DNA from: Eledone cirrhosa
Lineage: Eukaryota
Reading direction: 5' to 3'
Length of the DNA: 64,000 nucleotides
Assembly (NCBI GenBank): GCA_964016885.1
Contig: OZ024749.1
Location: 40,052,001 to 40,116,000 of the forward strand
Part shown: piece by piece, positions 14,029 to 26,604 of the stretch
How the letters are laid out: each line of letters opens with the position of its first letter
How positions within the stretch are numbered: position 1 is the first letter of the stretch
The notes under the pieces: generated by a model
Seen by the model: only the letters and a program-made list of their open reading frames with translations
What the model was told of the DNA's origin: nothing
Databases searched by the model: none
Program-made: the position numbers and the translations under genes

Positions 14029-14097
14029 ATGTATGTATGTATGTATGTATGAGTCTACAAATGTGTGCGCTTGCCTATAGGCACGTGTGCCTTTATG

Positions 14098-14129
<32 letters not shown>

Positions 14130-14586
14130 CGTACGAGTCTACAAATATGAGCGCTTGCCTACACGCGTATGTGTGTGTGTATGTGTGTACGAATTTTACA
14201 AGTGAATGCCTTCGCCTATTCACACGTGAGTATGTATGTGTAAATGTGTGGTGTACGAATTTACGAATGAATGCATTTGCCTCTGTTACGCACGTGTGTA
14301 TGAGTGTATGTGTGTATGTCTATATGTGTCTATGTGTATATGTACGTATGTGTGTATGTGTGTATGTATTGAGTCGTCAAATATGAAATTTGTAGAAATT
14401 TAATTTGTTTTTCTATAAATTTCTACAAATTTCATACTTGACGACTCAATACATGTGTATGTATGGGTGGGTGTGAAATATATGTGTATGTGAGTATGTG
14501 TATATGTGTGTATGTGTATATGTACGTATGTGTGCATGCGTGTATATATATATATATATATATGTGTATGTGTATGTATGTGTGCA

Positions 14587-14714
<128 letters not shown>

Positions 14715-14726
14715 TATGTGTGTATG

Positions 14727-14757
<31 letters not shown>

Positions 14758-15049
14758 GTATGTGTGTGTGATCGGGAAATTCTCCCTACCGCCGACACAC
14801 CAACATCACCATCATTACATTACCACCCGGCTTGTGGTTAGAATTCCCGGAAGTGTACATAAGGGGCGGAAGTGTTCATAAATGTCGGTCGACACTGATA
14901 GACATATGTTTAAGTGGTGTTGCAGTTTGACCACAACATCTGTTACACTGTTAACATCAAAGCATTCAGCCGGGGACGGCTCAACGTCACGTTGGACGAC
15001 AAACAATCATTCACTGACGACATGGCTCTTATAGTTTATAATGGGGCTG

Positions 15050-15520
15050 ATTGTGGTGGTGGTGGTGGTGGTGGTGAGGGAGGGGGGTCGTGGCTGTAGT
15101 GGTGGTGGTGATGGTGGTGGATGGGTGGGTGAGGGGTGTCATGGTTGTGGTGGTGGTGGTGATGGTGGTGGTGGATGGGTGGGTGAGGGGTGTCATGGTT
15201 GTGGTGGTGGTGGTGATGGTGGTGGTGGATGGTGGATGGGTGGGTGAGGGGTGTCATGGTTGTGGTGATGGTGGTGATGGTGGTGATGGTGGATGGGTGG
15301 GTGAGGGGTGTCATGGTCGTGGTGGTGGTGGTGATGGTGGTGGTGGTGGTGGTGGTGGTGGATGGGTGGTTGAGGGGTGTCATGGTTGTAGTCGTGGTGG
15401 TGATGGTGGTGGTGGTGGATGGGTGGGTGGGTGAGGGGTATCATGGTTGTGGTGGTGGATGGGTGGGTGATGGGTATCATGGTTGTGGTGGTGGTGGTGT
15501 TTGTGATGATGGTAGTGGTG
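15050..15520. repeat. G-rich minisatellite (gatgggtgggtgaggggtgtcatggttgt + (GGT)n)
   Basis: About 8 units directly visible. Confidence 0.9.
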
Positions 15521-16305
15521 GTAGTTAGTGGTGGTAGTGGAGGTAGCGGTGAGGGTGGGTGTCATGGTTGTAGGGCTTGGGGAAAGTAAGGTTGTGGTGG
15601 TGGTGGCGGTGGTAAGGGTAGTTGTAATGGTTTTAGGGCTTGGGTAAAATGTGGTGAGGGTGGTGGTAGTGATAGTGGTGGTAGTGGTAGTGGTGATGGT
15701 GGTGGTGGTGGAATCGGAAGGGGGCTTCGCATGGTCGTGGTGCTTATGTGGGTGGTTATGATCGTGGGGTTTGGGAAGAATGTAGCGTTGATGATAGTGG
15801 AGGGGTTGTTATGGATTGTGGCGAGTGTGGTGGTAGTGGTGGTGGTGGTGGTGGTGGTGGTGGTTGGAGGGGGGGGATATGATGGTCGTGGGGATAGCTG
15901 TTTGCGGCAGTCATGGTGGTGGTAGTGGTGGCGGTGGTGGTGGTGGTGTTGATAGTGGTGTAGGTGATGATGAAAATAGTGTTGATAGTCTGGTGGGGTG
16001 ACACTGGTGGAGGTAATGGCTGTGATGATACAGTGACGGTAGTGATAGTAACAGTGATGGTGATGCCGGGGGGGCTGTGATGGATAATGGAAGGGGGGGT
16101 TAATATGTGAATAGTGACAGAAAGAACGGTATATGTAAGTCAGTGATGTGTGTAGGATGGGTGTAATTTATAGCTCCTTAGCGTTATGTATAGCATAGAT
16201 ATTGTATATGTATTGTGTTTTGTAAATATCGTGTCGTTGATGTTTGACAAACATGTAAAACATGTGTGTATATGGGCATGTATGTATATATATATATATA
16301 TATAT

Positions 16306-16505
16306 ATAGGAACGAGTAGGACCCCAACGGCTGAGCTCAAGCCGTTTCGACGGCTAATTCTGGACTAAGTCCAGAATTAGCCGTCGAAACAGCTTGAGCT
16401 CAGCCGTCGGGGTCCTACTCGTTCCTATTACCCACTCTACTACCCTAAGTATTGAGTACTTTGGTGCGTTATGGTCCACCTGGTTCCTTACCACATTTCC
16501 TTCGT

Positions 16506-16508
<3 letters not shown>
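16306..16508 (+). mobile_element. Family A element with 61-bp fold-back palindrome + full tail
   Basis: Arms 16306-16366 and 16368-16428 (1-nt spacer, 2 mismatches); (TA)n on both sides. Confidence 0.85.
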
Positions 16509-16546
<38 letters not shown>

Positions 16547-16643
16547 CTGTCTGTGTCTGTGTCTGTGTAATTGCTACGTCATAAAGATAAGGTGTTAATG
16601 TTATTATGATGTCTTTACATTTCTGTTTCTGTCTTTATTATGC

Positions 16644-16681
<38 letters not shown>

Positions 16682-16918
16682 AGCATATGTGTGTAGGTTT
16701 GAAAATATGAGTATATATACGTGTATAAATGTGTGTATGCGCGTGTGTATGCGTTATATATGTATGTGTATATGTATGCATGTTTGTGTGTAAGTGTAGT
16801 CGTGCGAGACAACGAGTTCTTGCTAATGCACTTATTGGTGATTTAATTGCCTCTGATAGGATTGTTTGTGTAAATATGTTTGTATTTATGTAGGTACGTA
16901 TGATGTATTTATGTATGT

Positions 16919-17521
16919 CAGGTCACCAGTTGGTGCTACTGGTAACATGTATCCCAGTACAACCTGTCTCATGGTCGGGTCGTTGGCGACTAAACTGGCA
17001 ACCCCACCAAGGTTTCTTGGTGAGGAGGGTAACATTTGGACATCCTGCAGGACTAAAAACAAAACGTCTCAAAGGGCAAAGGAGCTCTTAAGAGTCAATG
17101 GCCATCCAAAATCACCGGGAGAGATGACCCCTTAGCCTTTGTCAAGGCAGATTTCTAGGAGAAGGAAAACTCTGATATAACACCTGCAACCCTGATGGTA
17201 TCCAATGATGTTGACTTGTTCTTCTTTTTGGTAAATATCATCTTGGTTAGAGAGTGGGACTGGCTTTGTGCAGTGCCTTTGCTCATTATAAAAGCTTCAC
17301 GGCACAGGCATTGCTTTATATCTGGAGATCTCTCTGCACTTGTCGTCACATGGTACCATGGGCCCAGCACTATGTGTCAATAATTGTCAGTGTAGTGTTT
17401 GTACCAGAGTTTTCAAGTCGCTGGCTGGACTAAAAAGTCACACTCGTTCAGCGCATCGGTAGGGGTTCTCCTACATGGATATAAAGTAGTGGCCGTACTC
17501 GAAAACGAGTTGGCAGCCACC
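16919..17521 (+). mobile_element. Internally deleted non-autonomous RTE-clade element (5' UTR + C-terminal C2H2 + 3' UTR)
   Basis: 12-bp TSD atttatgtatgt (16907-16918 / 17522-17533); RTE-5'UTR-like ctaggagaaggaaaactctga (about 17155-17176); CSVCTRVFKSLAGLKSHTRSAHR* (17391-17462); 3' hairpin gtggc...ctcgaaaacgag...gccac. Confidence 0.75.
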
Positions 17522-17776
17522 ATTTATGTATGTACGTATATTCATACGTACATATGTATGTATGTTTATTTATATTGTAATGATGAGTAACTGTACTATT
17601 GATTTCATACATATACATAGACACGTATTTACAGGTTCGACAAGTTTTTGATTCCAGAGTCGGGCTAGATCGATACAGATCGAACCTTCAGCTGATCAGT
17701 TGCGAAACGCGCGTCACCAACCAATAAACGTAATGAAGGAGTAACCATTCGTCCTTGTATTATTATATTACACTCT

Positions 17777-17939
17777 AGAGGGTCGGACGCCATGTTTTGA
17801 CGTATAGAGTTACGGCTCTTGCTATTCTGAGTTCAAATCCCGCCGAGGTTAACTTTGCCTTTCATCCTTACGGGGTCGATAAAATAAAGTACCAGTAATG
17901 CACTGGGTAATTGCTGGCCTTGTGCCTAACGTAGAAACA
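17777..17939 (+). mobile_element. SINE1, 5'-truncated
   Basis: 18-bp TSD attattatattacactct (17759-17776 / 17940-17957). Confidence 0.9.
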
Positions 17940-18044
17940 ATTATTATATTACACTCTGTCTAGCTCTACACCTCGATACTGACGTGAACCTAAACGTCGA
18001 GTGCTTCACCCGGGTGAGCCTACAGTAACTCCGCGTTACATTCC

Positions 18045-18190
18045 CTAGAAGACCGAGGTTGACATATGTTGATGTTGATGCCCTAAGGGCAGACACTGGT
18101 CTCTTGGAGACGCAGCACATGGCAGCGATGATGAGGGAGAGAGACCGCTGGAGAGAACTCGTCCATGGATCTCGGGAATTTTACCGCCCT
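18045..18190 (+). mobile_element. RTE-clade LINE extreme 3' end
   Basis: [39 protein letters not shown], similar in pattern to the RTE end at 39117-39540. Confidence 0.65.
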
Positions 18191-18191
18191 A

Positions 18192-18475
<284 letters not shown>

Positions 18476-18694
18476 CACACGCTTACCTAACCATGCACAC
18501 TCTGTTATGTGGACTCTCTATAGTTTTACAGTAAACAAGGCAACCTCTGCAGTGTTGGTGCCATGATTCAATGCACCCTGCACCCTGTACACTCTGTAAT
18601 GTGCTAAGTGACCAAACCAAAAAGATGTAAACCAGAGAGGACTCTTTACTTACGTCGAGGAGTACAATAAACCGATGTTGGCGGGGATTACGAG

Positions 18695-20440
18695 GATGAG
18701 GTTGATGATAATGATGGTGGTGATGATGATAGTTATGATGATGGTTATGATGATGGTGATGATGGTGATGATGATGATGATGGTGAGGGTGATGATGATG
18801 ATGATGACGATGGTTATGATGATAATGATGGTGATGATGATGATGGTGATGATGATGATGATGATAATGTTGATGATGATGATGATGGTTATGATGATAA
18901 TGATGATGATAATGGTGATGATGGTGATGATGGTGATGATGACGATGGTTATGATGATGATAATGGTGATGATGGTGATGATGGTGATGATGACGATGGT
19001 TATGATGATAATGATGGTGATGATGATGATGATGATGATGGTTATGATGATATTAATGATGATAATGATTATGGTAATGATGATGATGATCATGATGGTA
19101 ATGATGATGATGATGGTGGTAATGATAAGGATGATGATGATATATACACATACTGGATATATACACGCTCGATATACACACACGGTATATACACACTGGA
19201 TATATACACAATATACACACTGGATATATACACACTGGATATATACACAATATACACACTGGATATATACACACTGGATATATACACAATATACACACTG
19301 GATATATACACACTGGATATATACACAATATACACACTGGATATATACACACTGGATATATACACAATATACACACTGGATATATACACACTCATTACAA
19401 ATATATAGAAATAAGAAGACGTATAAAGCTGTGGATCATAATGGAAAGTGAAGCGTGACAACTGTATAACTTAGACTACATAAATCATTGTACTGGGTAA
19501 CCAACCGTGACATGTTGGTGGTGGTGGTGGTGGTGGTGGTGGTGGTGTGGTGGTGGTATTGGTGGTGGTGGTGGTGGTGGTGATAGTGGTGGTGGTGGTG
19601 GTGGTGGTGGTGGTGGTGATGGAGGTGGTGGTGGTGGTGGTGGTGGTGGTGGTGGTGGTGGTGGTGTGGTGGTGGTATTGGTGGTGGTGATGGAGGTGGT
19701 GGTGGTGGTGGTGGTGGTGGTGGTGATAGTGGTGGTGGTGGTGATAGTGGTGGTGGTTTGGTGGTTGTGGTGGTGATAGTGGTGGTGGTTGTGGTGATGG
19801 TGGTGTGGTGGTGGTATTGGTGGTGGTGATGGAGGTGGTGGTGGTGGTGATAGTGGTGGTGGTGGTGATAGTGGTGGTGGTGGTGGTGGTGGTGGTGGTG
19901 GTGGTGGTGGTGGTGGTGGTGTGGTGGTGGTATTGGTGGTGGTGATGGAGGTGGTGGTGGTGGTGGTGGTGGTGGTATTGGTGGTGGTGATGGAGGTGGT
20001 GGTGGTGGTGATAGTGGTGGTGGTGGTGATAGTGGTGGTGGTTTGGTGGTTGTGGTGGTGATAGTGGTGGTGGTTGTGGTGATGGTGGTGTGGTGGTGGT
20101 ATTGGTGGTGGTGACGGAGGTGGTGGTGGTGGTGGTGGTGTGGTGGTGTGGTGGTGGTATTGGTGGTGGTGATGGAGGTGGTGGTGGTGGTGATAGTGGT
20201 GGTGGTGGTGATAGTGGTGGTGGTGGTGATAGTGGTGGTGGTTTGGTGGTTGTGGTGGTGATAGTGGTGGTTGTGGTGGTGGTGGTGGTGGTGGTGGTGG
20301 TGGTGATAGTGGTGGTGGTTGTGGTGGTGGTTGAGGTGGTGGAGGTGGTGATTGTGGTGGTAGTGATAGCTGTACTGGTGGTGGTGGTGATGATGATGAT
20401 GATGATGGTGGCTGTGGTGGTAGTGATAGCTGTGTGGGTG
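18695..20440. repeat. (ATG)n tract, 39-bp minisatellite (19140-19392) and (GGT)n tract
   Basis: 39-bp unit ctggatatatacacaatatacacactggatatatacaca; the simple repeats are directly visible. Confidence 0.93.
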
Positions 20441-21770
20441 GTGGTCGGAGGGGGAGGTTAAAAAGGGTAAATGTGTGAACATAAAATGTCTGACGGAAAA
20501 GCGTGTAAAAAGAAAGACAGCGAGTAAAGACAGAGCGAGAGGGAGAGATATCAGAGACAGAGAGAGAGGGGGAGAGATTAGAGGGAGCGGGTGGAGGAGA
20601 GATTAGAGATAGAGAGAGAGGGAAGGGAGGTGAGAGAATGTGTGTATGTGTGTTTGTGTGTCTGTTTCTGTTTGATTGTGAAAGAGAGAGTGTGTGTGTC
20701 TGTTTCTGTTTGATTGTGAAAGAGAGAGCGTGTTTGTAAGAGAGAGGGAGGCACAGAGTCGTTTCTCATACATTGTGAGGAGAGAGGGGCTAAGTAGGAG
20801 TTAGGTTCTGTGAGGTGGCGGGAGGTGTAAGATTAAGTAGAGAGAGAGTGGGAGGGAGGGCAGAGGGAGAGACTGTAGGAAGAGTAAATATGTTTAAAGA
20901 GATGAAAGTGTTGTAAAGAGAGGGCGAGGGGAGGAGATTTGGTAAGTAACTGAGGGAGTGGGAGTGGATCAAGGTGTTAGTTGAGAACAGGAACAGAAGG
21001 GGCGGGTAATGTATGAAGAGGGGGAGGTGAGAGGAGGGAGAGTGTGAGAGGAGGTAGTGTATGAGAGGAGGTAGAGTGTGAGAGGAGGGAGAGTGTGAGA
21101 GGAGGGAGAGTGTTGAGGAGGGAGGTGTGAGAGGGGACAAGGAGGAGGAGAAGGAGGATGAGGAGGGGAACGAAGGAAAGGGTTTGAGAAAGGAGGAGGT
21201 GGTGTGAAAAAGAGAACGATGTAAGGAAGGGGGAAAGTGTGAGGAAGAAGGCGAGTGTGAGAAAGAGAGGGCGTGAGGAAGTAGAGCGTGTGAGGAAGGG
21301 GGAAAGTGTGAGGAAGAGGGCGAGTGTGAGAAAGAGAGGGTGTAAGGAAGTAGAGCGTGTGAGGAAGGGGAGAGTGTGGGGAAGGGGACAGTGTCAGAGC
21401 GTGAAGAGTGGGGGCAAGGTCATCCAAGAGGGACAAGTGTAATGAAGCGAAGAGAGGTAGAGACAAGTGACTATAAGAAGGGGAGTGAGAGGAACAGACA
21501 AGGGGAGAGAGAGAGGAATTGTATGAAGACGATGGAGGGGGAGATAGGTAATGGTGATTGTATTTGTGGCGTGTGAGTGATGGTGGTGGTCGTGTTGATT
21601 GGTGGTGTATAATGATAGTGGTGGTGGTATTTGTTGTTATATATATTGATTGGAGTGATTGTGTGGTGAGGTGCTGGTTTTAGTGTTGGTGTGAAAGTCT
21701 TTAAAACAATCCAAAGCAGTCAACCGAATAAACACAAATACACACACACACATACAAACACATACACACA

Positions 21771-21831
<61 letters not shown>

Positions 21832-22294
21832 GGGTGTATGTGTGTATGTATATATATGTGCAGAGTGTCCGAAGGTCACCGACTCTATTTCAGTGACCTC
21901 CGACCACTACTCATTAAATGAGATAATAGGCTTTTAAGTGAGAAAATGCAAGCTATCATTCAGAGTGTACACAATAGTTAATTAGTAAGTAAGATGGCGG
22001 TGTTTTTGGTAATGATATTGGACGGATCTCGTTTCTGCATAGCATTCTGTCTATATGCAGAACATTGCGTATCACCAGCAGATATTATGCAATCGGGACT
22101 GCAACGCGTCTTCAGCAGGATGCCCATCCCAACATTTTGGTCTTTAAAGTGAACACATCTACACAGAAATGCTAGCTTGCCGAATCTAGCAGAGTAATGT
22201 TGTCGTGAAACGTGACCTCCAAATAGAAGAAGACTGTTTATTGAGAAAAAGAACGTTATGGGTGGGTTGAATTCAATAACTGATATATATGTAC

Positions 22295-22373
<79 letters not shown>

Positions 22374-22561
22374 AAGATTGAAGAGTAACATGGTTGACTG
22401 TAGAAACTGCATAGAAATTACCGCGAACTCGCTGCATAACTATGGAAGCATGTTGTTGAGTCAAACAAAGCCGTACGTTAAAACTATCCACGACGCAGAG
22501 TTATCACAACCTCTAACTGGATTACCTATAACGATAACTTGTTATCCCATATATATATATA

Positions 22562-22598
<37 letters not shown>

Positions 22599-22646
22599 GT
22601 GTATATGTATATATTTAGTTATGTAATAAACAACATAAGATAATTA

Positions 22647-22706
22647 TTTCATTTACCAGTGGTTTCTTGAAAGCAACCAAAATTGCTTTCATTCATCAGA
22701 ATGAAA
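22647..22706 (-). ncRNA. Type I hammerhead ribozyme (near-canonical)
   Basis: Minus strand UUUCAUU-CUGAUGA-A-UGAAAGCAA-uuuugg-UUGCUUUCA-A-GAA-ACC-acu-GGU-A/AAUGAAA: 7-bp stem I, 9-bp stem II, 3-bp stem III, GUA triplet. Confidence 0.85.
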
Positions 22707-23216
22707 AAATCCTGGTGTCTTTATTGACAGGGGATTTGAAAAACAAAAATATAACAGATATGAAAGTGAGGCTGGGGGAAAAAAGTGGGGGGGGGGATAA
22801 TACGTACACACACACACACTCACATATACACACATATATACATATATATATATACACATATACACGCATATATACGCATATATATACACAGAGACACATA
22901 TACACACACATACACACACACATATACACCTATATATATATACACATATATATATATATATATATACATGCAGACACATACATATATATATATATACATA
23001 TACACATATATATATATACATATATATACACATACATACATACATACATACATACATACACACACACATACACACATATATACACACATGCATACGTACT
23101 CGCATATAAAAGGATACATATGCACACACACAAATAAGAATAAATAATCATAGTAAGCCGTCACATACAAATAAGCAAATAAAAAATAAGGATTAAGAAA
23201 ATAAAAAAAATATATT

Positions 23217-23247
<31 letters not shown>

Positions 23248-23531
23248 ACACACCATCTCCACCCTTTTACTACCCTACTCCAGGCCAACCACTACCGAAT
23301 ATTGACGTCCACTAGGGATATTGTATGCGGGAGAGTGACGTCTAGCTTAAATAAGTGGTAATCCACATGGGCCTACTTTCGTTGTGGGGTTAATGTTTGG
23401 TTACGGTGAAGCTAGCTGGTGGTTTTCGCGGAACGGATAGTTTCCAAGTGTTAAATTGGGGATTTATTTGATGTACACCGTGAAGGTGGGGTGTCGACAC
23501 GCTGGATGGTGAAATATTTCGGTTTATATAC

Positions 23532-23807
<276 letters not shown>

Positions 23808-23876
23808 GTATGTATATATATATATGTATGTATATATATATGTATTATATATATATATATATATGTATATGTATAT

Positions 23877-23936
23877 GTCCAGAAATAGCCGTCGAAACGG
23901 CTTGAGCTCTGACGTCGGGGTTAAACATTTTCCTAT
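23877..23936 (+). mobile_element. Family A head only
   Basis: gtccagaaatagccgtcgaaacggcttgagctc...ggggttaaacattttcctat followed by (TA)n. Confidence 0.7.
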
Positions 23937-23997
23937 ATTATATATGTGTATATATATACATATATATATGCATACATATATATATAAAATATATATA

Positions 23998-24046
<49 letters not shown>

Positions 24047-24290
24047 CAAACACACACACACAGATATATATATATTGTTTTAGTCTTCCATACTTATTTT
24101 TTTTTTATTGCGTATACACATACATAAACATACATACAAGCATACTCACATAGATACATACATACATGCATACATACATACATAGATACATACATATATT
24201 CATACATAGATTCATACATACATACATACATACATACATACATACATACATACATACATACATACATACATACATACATACATACATACA

Positions 24291-24745
24291 ATAAAAACTG
24301 CCACCAAATTAAAGCACAACCGGCCTGATATTGTAGTTTGGGACCACACATTGAAAACGTGTTCTGTTGTGGAGATCAGCTGCCCACTTGATGTAAACGT
24401 TGTCAGAAAAATACAGGAGAAGGAGGACATCTACGGACCATTGAGGAGGAGTTTACAAATCCAGTATCCAAGATAGACCTTTAGCTTCATACCCATCATT
24501 ATTGGTGCTACGGGTTATATACCAACCCGCTTGGACCAAAGTATGACTGAACTTGGATTTGCGGACAAAAAGCGCAGCTCCCTAATTCATAGTCTACAAA
24601 TGGCTGCGATAGCTGGCACCTTCAAAATTTGCAAAACATTCTTGCGATTCAAGAGATGACAATTTCTTTTCTTTTACAACCTTGCCACCAGGAAGGTGGC
24701 CGGTCAAAAAAAATATACTCGAAATTAAGAGAAAGAGAAAACACA
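24291..24745 (+). mobile_element. 5'-truncated R4/Dong-clade LINE (restriction-like endonuclease domain + 3' UTR)
   Basis: One frame 24291-24659: KHNRPDIVVWD...VEISCPLDVN...EKEDIYGPL...*...PIIIGATG...LQMAAIAGTFKICKTFL (one internal stop at 24474); abuts (TACA)n. Confidence 0.8.
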
Positions 24746-24928
24746 TGCATGTTGAAATATACAGACGATATCAAATGTAATGTATGTCTGTTGTTCGCCC
24801 AGACATTAGAGGTGAATCCAGATGACACGAGTCCAATCTACATGAAAGCTGGCACTATATTTATTAAAGTCATTATTGATATCAAGATCAATTTATCAGA
24901 AAGTTCTCTCTTATGAAAATACAATCAC

Positions 24929-25055
24929 AGTTGAGCAGTTGTATGTGGTGGAACTCCGTCGGTAACGACGAGGGTTATTCTTGTTGCTTGAATCAGTCGA
25001 ACCAGCTGCTCGTGAAATCAACGTGTATGTCGCTGAGTATGGCACAGATGCATGA
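24929..25055 (+). mobile_element. Old interspersed repeat fragment (SINE-like)
   Basis: gacgagggtt...aatcagtcgaaccagctgctcgtgaaatcaacgt resembles 58555-58650. Confidence 0.45.
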
Positions 25056-25132
25056 ACATGTGCATGTCTTACTAAGTATGTGTGTTTGTCTGAGTGTGTA
25101 TATGATTAATTGTGTATCTGTGTCATTGTATG

Positions 25133-25174
<42 letters not shown>

Positions 25175-25457
25175 TAAACAAATAATGAATAAAACAATGA
25201 AACAGTTCCTTATATTAAACAAAAAAAGTTCATTATTTAACGATCGTTTCTAGGATATATTTGTGTTAGAATTGGCATGCATATTCAACAGATCTATGTA
25301 CAAAATTATACAAAATTATACAAACTATCAAGATTAAATATACATACCAAACACACATATACGCCGTCTTCAGAAATAATATATATATATAGGTGTATAT
25401 GTATATATATATATATATATATATAGGTGTATATGTATATATATATAGGTGTATATG

Positions 25458-25493
<36 letters not shown>

Positions 25494-25497
25494 GGTG

Positions 25498-25541
<44 letters not shown>

Positions 25542-25823
25542 CAGCTCCCGAGCCAATCATCTGTGAAACATGTGTAACGTTCAATAAAAACATTTTTAAA
25601 TGAAACCTCGTTATCTCACACATAATATATATATATGTATCTATGTGTGTAAATATACCTTTTCATTAATGTTTTATGTATGTGTTTAGCTATGTCTATC
25701 TGTGTGTATGTGTGTGTGTGTATGTGTGGGGGGGGGGCGCACATCTCTATCTACAGTAATTATTGAATTATCGATTTAGTTTTTTTATCTGTTACCTATC
25801 TGATTATACATAGACACTAATTC

Positions 25824-25923
<100 letters not shown>

Positions 25924-26237
25924 GTGTGTGGACCTGTGTGTATTACAATGTATAGATCTGTGTGTCTGTTACATTAGTCTCAGAAGTGGAAAGAAGCGGT
26001 CCTACGGGATTATATTCCGCAAACATCATCATCACCATCAACAACAGTATTATCATCATCATCATCACCATCAACAACAGTATCATCATCATCATCATCA
26101 CCATCAACAACAGTATTATCATCATCATCATCATAATCACTAATATCATTATCATTAACAACAACAAAAACATCGACAGCAAAAATATCAAGGTAGATGT
26201 TGGTGGTGGTGGTGGTGGTGATGGTGAGGATAATGAC

Positions 26238-26280
<43 letters not shown>

Positions 26281-26604
26281 GCGGTGACGGTGATGATGAT
26301 GATGATGTGATGATGGTGGTGGTGGTGGTGTTGATGGTGATGGTGATGGTGTTGGTGGTGGTGGTGGTGTTGATGGTGATGGTGATGGTGTTGGTGGTGG
26401 TGGTGGTGTTGATGGTGATGGTGATGGTGTTGGTGGTGGTGGTGGTGTTGATGGTGATGGTGATGGTGTTGGTGGTGGTGGTGGTGTTGATGGTGATGAC
26501 GACGATGATAATGATGATGATGTGAGGATGGTGAAGGGGGTGGTTGTGAGGATAGAGTTGATGTGGATGCGGTTGATGATGATGATGATGATGGTGGTGA
26601 TGAT

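Noticed and set aside
21991-22000. YY1-like AAGATGGCGG (also about 10911 and 30708) as promoter marks
   Set aside because: Isolated short motifs with no CpG island or gene context.
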